DNA of 64,000 nucleotides, taken from sequence record KJ019086.1. The stretch is one strand, 5' to 3'. The position numbers were made by a program, and so were the translations under genes. This document shows, piece by piece, positions 1 to 12,000 of the stretch (position 1 is the first letter of the stretch; each line of letters opens with the position of its first letter). Under the pieces are notes generated by a model that did no database searches, had not been told where the DNA came from, and saw only the letters and a list, made by a program, of their open reading frames with translations.

Positions 1-3000
1 AACACCTTCACTGGAGTTGTAAGAGGTTTCAGTGGTATTTCTAGTTACAGAGATTCTGATAATCCTTCCGAACTTGTATTTGAAACCACAACCGCTGCCA
101 CTCACACTACAGAAACCAATGTTGAGAATCTATCAACACTCTTCCTAAAGAATTTCTACGACAAACTCAAGTATACCTTTGCTCCTGGTTTTGAGAACCT
201 AGAGTTCAATAGTGAAGTTAGTGTTGGTCAGTGGATTCGTCAGGCAAGATCATTCTACCAATCTAAGGGTAGTGAGGAGTCCTTCAAGATTCTATTCAGA
301 GTATTATATGGTGAAGATCCTCTAGTTATTGATCTAGAGCAGTTCCTTATCAAACCTTCCCAAGCAGAGTACTCTAGAAGGGACTATGCGGTTGCTATTC
401 CAGTCAGTGGTAACCCTATAACCCTCAAGGGTAAGACAGTGTATCAGAGTGATGCAGAGGACGTGTTTGGTGCCATCTCAGAGATTGAGACATTTACTAG
501 AGATAACAAATTATATTACAGAATCTACTTCTTTGTTAGTAATGATGAAATTGCTAATGAGAGAAAACTATTCACTATCCCTGGTAGATCAAGAACACAG
601 AGAGGATGGAATCAGGGTGACACTACAATCACTGTAGATACTACTCTTGGGTTTAGGGATAACAACGAGTTTATCACTGAAGATGGAACTAAGTTTACAT
701 ACTTGGAGAGAACTGTTAATCAGTTCCTAGGTGTTGAATGTAGTGATACAGAGAAAACACTAGGTACTAATGAAGATATCATTGATGATATTACTATCTT
801 TGGTATTAATGATGATGGTGAGACTGTCTCACTACGTATGACTGGTGTTATCTCTGATATTGAGTTCCCCGATGAAGTCCCATTCACTACACCTGGGGAG
901 AAGATATCTGTAGATACCTTAGGTGAGAATATCATCTCTGCTGATGTAACTAGAAGTGAGCCTACACAGAGACAGATCATTGCTAATAGTTTCATCTATA
1001 ACACTTCAGTAAGAATGGAAGTAGATGAACTCAATGGTTCTGATTTCCAAATCAATACTGCCTACTTAGATAAAGCTTTCATTTCTCCTGGTGACTCTGT
1101 TGATATTCTCCAAAGAGGCTCGCAGCTTGTCTATGTCGCTAATCGCAAAGTAACCTCAGTTGACTATCTCAATAGTATTATAACAATCAATGACTCATTT
1201 GGCATCCCTTTAGATCAATCACTTGATATCAGAAGGAATCAGAACTATGCAAAGAGTAGCACTACAGATATTGAGTATGGTCAGAACTCTGTTCTATCCA
1301 ATGTTCTGAACCTTTATGATGCAACAGAGTTTGATGGTAACTTCTATGTTGCAACTAACTCCCTACCTTCCTATGATATGGAAGTTAAAGTTGTTGAGAG
1401 TATTCTTACTGGAGTTACTACTTCTAACTTTGAAGGATATAACTCATTCACTGATCAGTACTCAACAATTATCTTTGATTCTGCCACTTCATTCATAACT
1501 GGTGATCTAATTTCATATAGAGTTATCTCAGTAGAAAGAACAGGTATTCCCCTTATCACTGAAGGTGAATACTTTGTAGAGGTTCTCAGCAACCCCAGAA
1601 AGATTAAACTATATGTATCACCTTCCTTCATTGGAAGTGATAACTTTGTTGGATTCGTGTATAACGATGCAGTAGGTGCTCATGCATTCACTCTAGAGGA
1701 ACAGAAAGATAGAAGAATCAATACTAAGAATGTATTCAAGAAGATTCCCTTCACAGCAACCAAACAGAATATCACTATCCCTAGAACACCCGATGTAACC
1801 CCCTCAGGTTCCCCTGTGGCAGTTCTTACTAATGGTGTAGAGGTATTGTCATATAAGTCACCAGATAAGGTGTTCTTGGGTCCTTTAGAAGAAGTTGTTC
1901 CTGTTGCTTCTGGTGAGGGTTATAGTGTTATTGGACCACCCAATATCCTAATCACACCACCTAATATTCAAGTTACAGATCCAACTGGTATTCCTACTGA
2001 TGGTGGTGTTGCTAGAGTATCACCAGTTATCTCTGGTAGGTTGAAGAAGATCTATATCGATCCACAAGACTTTGATATTGAGGAAGTATTCTCAATCACT
2101 GTTGTTGGTGGTAACAGTCGTGGTGCCACAGCAAAACCACAGATTTCTAAGAGAACTCGTTCTATCCCCTTTGATACGAGACTTGATATCTACGGTGGTG
2201 GTATTAATCCAAATGAAGAGACCATCCTATTCTTAACTGAACACAAACTCGCCAAGGGTGATGCAATTATCTACGAAAACAACGATACACAAAGTATTGG
2301 TGTTAATGTTGCTGGTGGTAGTAACATCTATAATGGCCAGACACTATCTAACGGTGCTGTGTATTTTGCAGAACCCCTTAATAATGTAACCATTAAGATC
2401 TATGAGACTCTAGAAGATTTGAACTTGGGTATCAATACCGTTGGGTTCACTTCAAGTCAAACTGGGTTTGGTGTTCAGGACTTTACTACTATTCCTAGAA
2501 ACCAACTCACTGGTGCTCTCATCACAGATGATGGTGGTGAGTTTGTATATCGTAAGATGGAGTTCCAACCAGAGAACATCTATCCTGAGTATGATGAGTT
2601 GAGATACGACGGTCATGGTTTCTCCAGTGGTGATTTGGTGGAGTATGGAACCTTTGGTTCTGTTGTTGGTGGTCTATCTACTGAGAAGCAATACTATGTT
2701 GATGCTTTAGATGAAAATATCATCAAACTATCTGATGCCGGTATTGGTGGAACAAGTAGGTTTGACTATGATAGGAAGGACTATGTTGATTTCACCAACA
2801 TTGGTGTTGGAACACAGTTTATCAAGTACCCTGATGTCACTGTCAATGTTGTAGTATCCTATGCCTCGTCTATCACTGGTATCATTACAGCAACACCTAT
2901 TATCCGCGGTGGTATTATTCAAACTTATGTTGATACTGGAGGATACTATGGTTCTGATATTCTCAACTTCGCCAAGACACCAGAAGTAACAGTTCAGACT

Positions 3001-6000
3001 GGTGAAGGTGCTAGAATCAAACCAGTTATTGTTAATGGTAAGGTTACCACAGTTCAGATTCTAAGTAAGGGTATCAACTACCCACCCACACCAGATCTTC
3101 GTGTTATTGATAAGTCTCGTAAAGGTGCTGGTGCTCTTCTTCGCCCAGTAGTTATTGATGGTGCTATCCAGAGTGTTGTTGTTATTAGCACTGGTGAAAA
3201 CTATGATCCATTGAATACTGATATTACAGTAATTGATCCTGCTAGACGATGTATTCTTGTTCCTAGAATTACACCTCTCACAGTTAATACCTTTGCTAGA
3301 TTTGGATTCGAAGGTCTATCTAATAATGACTACTCGGTTGTTGCCTATGACAGAAAGATTCGTGAGGATGTATATGGTGACCTAGGTGCTTCCCACTCAC
3401 CCATCATTGGTTGGGCAAACGATGGTAACCCCATCTATGGTGGTTTTGGTTTCGATGATCCAGAGAACTCCAGTTCTGGTTTCCGGGCGATGAGAACTTC
3501 CTATGAACTCTTCCCTGGTGAGATCTATGGTCGTCCCCCACTAACACTATATCCTGCTGGTTCTTTTGTTGAGGACTACAAGTTTACAGATAATGGTGAT
3601 CTAGACATCTATAATGGTAGGTATGGTAGAACTCCTGAGTATCCTAATGGTGTGTATGCATACTTCGCTGGTATCTCCACTGATACTCAGTCACTAGCAA
3701 GAGAACCACAATTCCCTTACTTCATTGGTCCTGAGTTTAGGGATGGATTGGGTATTCAAGATAATACTGTATCCCAAGATTTTGATATTAATAATAAGGA
3801 TATTTTCCGTAATACTTTCCCATATGCCGTAGGTAACCCTATTATCGGCAGTGAGTTCCTAGATCAATCATACTTAGAGGATACTCAGGATTCTATTATA
3901 CAATCTATCAATAATGGTACTGTTGATAACTTAACCATCGTTGGTGCTGGTGTTAGTTACTCTGTTGGTGATATTGTTAATTTTGATGATACTTTCGACT
4001 ACATTAGTGTAGTTGTAGATCAGGTAGATGGTCCCGAGGTAACACAGATTCAAACTCTCATCAAGAGTTATGGTAAAGCAGAAACCAAAGTCATTAAAGT
4101 TGATAACACAACTGTTCGTGTTTATGTTGATCCCTTCCACGAGTATCTTGATGGAGATAAAGTTGTAATTAGTGGTCTATCAACAAACACAGATCAACTC
4201 AACGGGACTCATGAGATTAACTTCATGAGGGAGCAAATGACAATGTTTGCTCCTATTCCTCCTACTTTGTTTGAGACAGTATCTGATATCTTTGTCAATA
4301 CTATTTCAGATAAGGTTTCTGTTGGTTCTAGTATTACTGTTGGTCTTGGCACTCTATCGGAGGATATGGAAGTTATCAACATCTTCCCTATTAATAAGGC
4401 ACTTCGGGTTAAGAGACCAGTAGGTTATGGTTTCACACACCCAATTGGTGATGCTGTTAACATTGCTCCTAATTACTTTGATATTAAGAAGAATGTAGAT
4501 TCATTCCCGTCTGAGATTGATGTTGAGTACTACTTCAACCCACACCAAACAGTGGCAGTTGGATTGGAGACTGGTGCAAGTGTTGGTTTGGTGTATTCAA
4601 TTGGTACTATCGATAAGAATATCTCAGTACAGACTCAAAGAATATATGCACCATCCCATGGTTTCAGAACTGGTGAGGAGATTACTTTTGAGAAGAATGA
4701 TACTGATACTGCATTAGTTGTAACAGACGGTAGTACTGTATATACACTACCTGGTGTAGGTAATACAAGTAACGCATATGTTGTATCACTATCCAAAAAC
4801 TATATTGGTATTAGAACAGTAACAGATGGACCTGATTTATTCTTCTCTACTAATGGTTCCGATTCTCCTTTATATTCTATTAAGACTAATCGTTTCGCTG
4901 AGACTGCATTAGTAGATAGAATTCAGGCAGAAGTTAAAACGAAAACGGATCATAGGTTGGGGAATGACGATCAGATATTTACTGATGTTATTTCTTCTGG
5001 AAAATCAGGTGTAGGTACTAACCCCAACATCAAACTTGAGTTCGATGATTCATCACAATCACTTATTGTAGATCCATACTTCACACAACCTAGTGATATT
5101 GATACGGTTAATAACCTAATTAATATCAATAACCACGGTTATACTAATGGGGATATTGTTCTATATCAAAACTATGGAAGTTCTATTGGTGGTTTAACAA
5201 CTCATCACAAATATTACACTATTCCCTTTGATAGGGATAAGTTCTATGTTGCTGAAACATTTGTTGATGTAAGACCCGGAACTAAACTACCTGTGAATCT
5301 AACTTCTGTTGGTATTGGTTCCCATAAGTTCTCCAAGGTCAATCCACCACTACTCATCACTAATAATAATGATATTGAGTTTGATGTGTCATCACCAACT
5401 CTATTTGGTAAAACACTAGAATTCTTCTTTGATCGGACTCTAACTGAAATATTTGATAATAACAGTATAGACAATGTATTTGTTGTTTCTGGTGTATCTA
5501 CTGAGGGATACGAGGATGCTAGGAAGTCTATTAGATACTCTGATAACAATCCAGATGTATTCTTCTATGGTATTACTGAAGGTGGTTATATTTCCACTGC
5601 AGATACTGAAGTATCTAGAAACAACTCTATTAGATATGAGGCAAGTGAGTACGCAATTGAAGGTAGAGTAACCGTTATAGACGATAGCACCTTTACCTAT
5701 ACACTCAATACTATTCCCGAGAAGCCACTATACACTAATCCTGATACACAACTCTCATACAAGACTTCCTCTAGTACTGCTCTAGGTGGTGTTGGTAGAT
5801 TGAATATCATCTTCAGTGGTAATAACTTCCCAGCTCTACCTGAGTTTGAGGGTATTCAAACTGAGTATGGGCAGAACGCAACTATCAGAGCAGAGTCTGA
5901 TGATATTGGAACACTTGCTTCCTTCAGAATCCAGAACGCTGGTTGGGATTACTCCGCTGATAATACACTTCGCCCCTTTGGTGTTATTCAACCAACCATT

Positions 6001-9000
6001 AGATTTGATAATAGTGACTTTGTTACTGAGGTTACTGTTCTTGATGGTGGTAATGGATATCAGAACCCCCCTAATGCTGTTCTAGTAGACTCTGTAACAA
6101 GAGAAGTAGTAGATAATGGATCTATCATCCTAGAGGTACAATCATCCACCATCACAGATGTTATTGTTGAGGTTGCTCCTTCTGGTTTATCCAAGGATCT
6201 CCAAGAACTATGGACTGTCAATAATAGTAATGGTATTCCTATCCTACTAATTGGTAACATTGATAATGTTGCTGGTGTAGTTACATATACAGTACAGACT
6301 CCTATTGAGGGTTATGCAACACCACCATTCTCAGTTGGTGATAGAGTATTTGTTGAGAATATTCTAGTAGATCAAGATGCTCCCCCCTCTAAACTCAATT
6401 CTGGTGATTATGGGTATCAGTTCTTGGAAGTTGTTGCCGTAACACCAACAAACCCAATCACTATTGGTATTCAGTATCCTGAAGAAGCTATTGGTAACCT
6501 AGGTTATGGTGTTACTTTCCAACAGGCTTTCTCTGGTATTGTTAACGAGGATATCTATCCTAAGTTTGCAGTACAACAGACAACTGCAGTCTTCCTAGAG
6601 GGTGAGAGACTTTCTATCTTTGATTCCTTTGGTAATCTTGATGAGACTGACCTAGTTGTGGAAGAGTCCAACACTAGTTTCTTTAAAGTTACTGGAAACT
6701 ATGATTTATTGGTTGGTGATGTACTCAAGGGTAACAATAGTGGTGTTATTTTAACTGTTACTGAAATTGACAGTAGTAGTTGTAGATATCTAGTTGATTC
6801 TATCTCCAGAATCAACACTGGTTGGAACGATAAGACAGGTTTCCTTAATGAGGAGACACAGAACCTACCAGATAACGATTACTATCAGAATCTATCTTAC
6901 TCAATTAAGAGTACAATTAACTTCGAGGAACTTATCAACCCAGTCAATAGATTAGTACACCCTTCCGGTCTAAAGAACTTCTCTGATACCAAGATTGAGT
7001 CTATCGGTGATATTGGTGTTGGTAGTAGTGAGAGTTCTGAGTCAACAGTTACTATTGACTTTATTGGTCTAACTGATATAGCAGAAACTCCACTGAGAGT
7101 TGATCGCATCAATGTATTCGACTTGGGTTGGGATGCCAATGTCAATAACAACAGATCTAACGCCATTAGACTTCAGAGTAGAACTCCTAACAAGAGACTA
7201 ACTGACTATATCGAAGTTCGTACTAACAGAGTATTGATGCATGACGACATCAGTAACGAGTTTATTGACTCAGATAATGCCTCTTCCAAGTCCCCCTATA
7301 GTGAGTTCAATATTATCACTGGTGAATATACCAGAGGATTGGTTCAGGCAAGAAATCCCTTCACTGATCAAGTTCAATTCACTGAGATTATTGTTTTATC
7401 AGTTGATAACAGTGCCTTCACTTTACAGAAGGCGAGTATCTCTGATAATGATCTTGGTTATGGTATCTTTGAGGGTAGATCTTTAGCTAGTAGTGAATAT
7501 CAAATGAGATTCACTCCCTTCAACACAGATGATTTTGATATTGACCTAAAACTACTATCCCATAAGTTTATCTTTAGTGGTGAGTCAGCTGAAGAGATTG
7601 GATATGTAAACCTAGCCGGTAATACACTATCTACACCAGACGCTGCTAGTACTCAAATATATGGAGCTAGTAATAGTAATAATAGAGCAGTTGTTGTTCA
7701 CGCAAATATTACCACAATTGATGGTCTTCTTTATTACTATGAGATATATGCTTTTACTGATGGTACTGATGTATACTATGCACCTTATGGTTATAGTAGT
7801 GATGTACTAAAGGGTTTCAATAGTGAGTTGGATGGTGATTTTAACGCCACACTACAAGGTGGTAAGTTGGCAATCTACTTCACTAATAATACTGGTGGTC
7901 CAGTTAGTATCACCACCAAGTCTATTGAGTTCAAGCAGTCTTTCAGTGGAACATCACCTTATAGATTTAAGAAAAATAATGTTCCTGATACTGAAGAAAG
8001 AAGTATTATTCTAGACTCAGTATCCACTGCGGGTGTTAGTACACAAACCACTGAGGTATTCAGATACGACACCACTCTATTCCAGAGTGTTAGATCTATC
8101 GTTCATATCTCTGGTACGGATGTTGGTGCCATTCATCAGGTAATGACTATCAATAGTGATGGTTCTACTTATTGTGAAGTGTATCCTTTCATTACTGAGG
8201 GTGATGAGGTAGATTCTACTTCTGGTATTGGTACCTTTGGTTCATCAATTGATGGAACTGATATGGTTCTAACTTTCTATCCAGATGCAGCTATTGGAAG
8301 TCAGGCACTAACTCTCACCTCCTATAACGAAACATTCTATAGAGAATTGGATGAAGTTAACTACACATTCGGTAGACCATTAGTTTATTCTGAGAGTGAG
8401 GAGAACTACTACCTAGAGAGGTATATTGCTCCTCTAGGTTTGAGAAACAACCTACTTAGATTCCCTCTGACATACGAAGGTATTCCCATCTATGAGAAGG
8501 CATTTGATCCAGCAACTACAATTAGCATAAACAACGGTAATTTGACATTGTTCAACATTACTGAGCACTTCTTTAGTCCAGCTGAAGAACTATATTACCT
8601 ACCAGATACAACTTTAGCTAACAACCTCAAATCTCCTATCGAGATTCAACCAGTTGTTGATTATAGAGGTATAACAACTTCTACAATGCCTGACAGAGTG
8701 TATGCCATCAAGAGGGATCTAAATGTATTCCAACTAGCACCAACTGCATCTGATGCACTTGCTGGTCAAGCAATTGTTATCACTGGGTTTGGTACTGGTA
8801 TTTCCCATAGATTGGGTATGATGAAGAAGCTAGAGAAGACTATCATTACCATTGATGGTGTTATCCAGTCTCCTATTACTAGCGCACTCAAAACATTCAA
8901 TCTAGATGCACCACTAGGTTTTGATGACGAATATGCAGTTCTAACTGGTATTGGTACTATTCGTGTTGGTGATCTATTTCTAATTGATGAGGAGTACTTA

Positions 9001-12000
9001 AAGATTGATAATGTTGGATTATCTACATCACAGACTGGTCCTATTAGTAATACTGGTACTATTCCTCTAATTGAAATTAGTAGAGGTGTTGTTGGTTCTT
9101 CCGCAACTAGTCATACTAGTGGTTCTGATCTCGATCTATACAGAGGTAGCTTCAATATTGTTGAGAGTGACGTTGTATTCACCGAAGCACCTGCTGGTAG
9201 GGGTGAGATTAATATCAATGAGTCCAACCTAGTACAGGTTAACTCATCATTCCAAGGTAGAACATTCCTACAGAGAGAGTATGATCAGATTGCACTATTT
9301 GATGATATCAGTGATTTGTTCAATGGTTCAGATTATGAGTTCAACATTACTTCCGCTGGTAGTACTATTGGTGAGATTGAGAATGGTTCTGGTGTTCTAA
9401 CCATCAACGATATCTACCAAACTCCAACTACCGATAACAACGCAGGTAACAACTATTTCTATAGTTATGGAGCACAAACTGGTATCAATACTCTAACCTT
9501 TACTGGTATTACTTCCACTAATGGTCAGAGAGTTGAGTCTAGATTTGATATCAATCAGAACCAGATTCCTCGCGGTGGTGTTATCGTATCACTAGGTTCT
9601 ACACCTGGTTTGGGATACGCCCCACTCTATGGAGCAAAGATAACTCCAGTAGTTACTGGTGGTGTTATTACTGATATTGTAACAACCAATAGAGTTGGTT
9701 TTACAACTGATGTTCTTTGGGCAGACTATGATAACGAAACTGGTGACTTGGTTGTTTCTGGTATTGGATCGGCACTAACCACACAGTTCAACATCACAGA
9801 TGCCGACTATCGTAACACCTCCGGCGTCCTAATTATCACGAGCGCAACTTCTCTAATATCTGCTGGTATCAACCCAGGTGATATTATGTATCTGAGAGGT
9901 ATGGACTTCTCCTGTACTTCAGGTGGAGCACCTGCCACACTTACATACCCAGACCAAGACCCAGTATACGCTGTGGATAGGATTGTAGATGAGTTTAGGT
10001 TCTCAGTGAACGCTGGAATATCTACTATTCCACATACTTATGTTTCTGGTGGTACCTGGCAAAAGTATTCACCATTCCAGTTTGGAAGGGAACAGATTAA
10101 CCCCAAACAGGTTTATCTAAATGGTTTGGAGTTTGATTGTACCAATAGTCCATTCATCACTACCAATATCTTCCCTGATAGTTTCGAGTCAGCATCTTTT
10201 GTTACTCGTGATGATGATGCACACTTCAGACTAAACGTTGGTATCGCAAGTTTCACACACGACTATGTTGGTAGTGGAATCTTTGGTCAGTATATTGAAA
10301 ACAACCCAGGTTCTGGTTATATCGATAGAGTTTCTATCGCAGTTACTGATCCCAACCACTCTGGAACACCTGCAGAGATTGTGGGTATCCCAACTGCTGG
10401 TGGTGAGTTATCATTCACAATTATTGGTGGTGGTTCTGGATATAACCAACCAACCACAGATACCTTTGCTCCTGATCCAGCATACTTTAACCTTCCAGTT
10501 ATTGGTGTATCTAGGAGAAATGTTGGATTCACAACTATCACTGGTAAGAATCTCTTTGTAACTGTTGAGGTATCTGCAGCAACCACCACGGCAATCGGTC
10601 GTAGTGAGTTCTTTGAAGTTAGTGGTTACCAAATCACTAACCAGGGTTATGGTTTTGAAGAAGGTGATGTTATTGAGGTTGTTGGTATTCCTACTGATAA
10701 GAATCTATCCCAACCAATTGAACCCTTCCAACTCACAGTTCTAGACACCTTCACCGATAACTTCTCCGCCTGGAACTTCGGTGAAACTGATTATATTGAT
10801 AGTATCAAGACTCTACAGGATGGTTCAAGACTTAACTTCCCACTTTCATACAAAGGTGAGGAACTATCCTTCGAATCAAATCCCTCCAATGAAGACTCTG
10901 CGGCAATTGATTTAGACGCTATCCTCCTCATCTATGTGAATACAGTACTACAAGTACCTGGTGTAAGTTATGAGTTTACTGGTGGTAACACCTTTACATT
11001 CTCACAACCACCATTCCCACAGGATGATGTTGATATTTACTTCTATAGAGGTAAGAGGAATATTGATAGTACAGTTATTACTGAAATTGATGAATCTATT
11101 AGACCTGGTGATCAGTTACAACTTGTTAAAAACAATAAGTACAATGACAATGTATTCATTGACCTAACCAGAACACAGGACCTTAGAACAGTCACAGAGA
11201 TTGCTTCTTCTGACACAGTTAGAACTAATATCTACTTTGGTAACAAAGACTTAGATACTCTAAGAGAAAGGCAAGTCGGTTGGGAAAAACAGAAGAGAGA
11301 TATCTTCATCTATGGTGAACCAGCACCTAAGACTAGAGATAGTCTAGAACCTGTTATTGTACCAACAGCGGCAATCATCAGAGATACCTCCAAATCACAA
11401 ACAGAACTCTTTGTTAGTAACTCTGAGATATTTGTTTATGAAGAAGATGTTCCTGGTTCTAGTATCGTTCTAACCAATATCAGTGGTGAGATCTATAGAC
11501 CAGTTGAGTATAAGTACAATCCACCAGTACTATTCGAACCCGCGTCAATACGCGCGAATGTAGATGGTAATGGTAAAGTAACTTCACTCACAATCCTAGA
11601 CGCAGGACAAGGTTACCCAACAGGTACTGAAATCACTATTGGTATTTCTTCCACGGGTGATAGGGCAGAGGTTGGTACTACTATCCTCAATCCAATTGAT
11701 GGTTCTATTATCTCTGTTATCCTATCTAAGAGTGGATCTGGTTACAATCAAAGTAACCCACCATTCGTTCTTATTTCAGAACCACAGGTAGATATTGAAC
11801 CTTTGGAACTTATTCCAAATATCCAAGGTTTCAGTGGTATTGTTACTGGTATTCAGGCAACTACAGGTTCCTCTGGGGCAACCAAGGGTATCCGGGTATT
11901 CTACACAGTAGATTCCACAGTTGTTGCTTCTGAACTAAATGCAGGTTACTCAGTTGTTCTATCTAATACTGTTGTTGGTAATGGTGTTGAAACTATCGGA

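Noticed and set aside
439-441. ORF-track start of the giant protein at 439
   Set aside because: The frame is open from base 1 and encodes conserved gp7-like sequence, so the true start lies upstream of the window.
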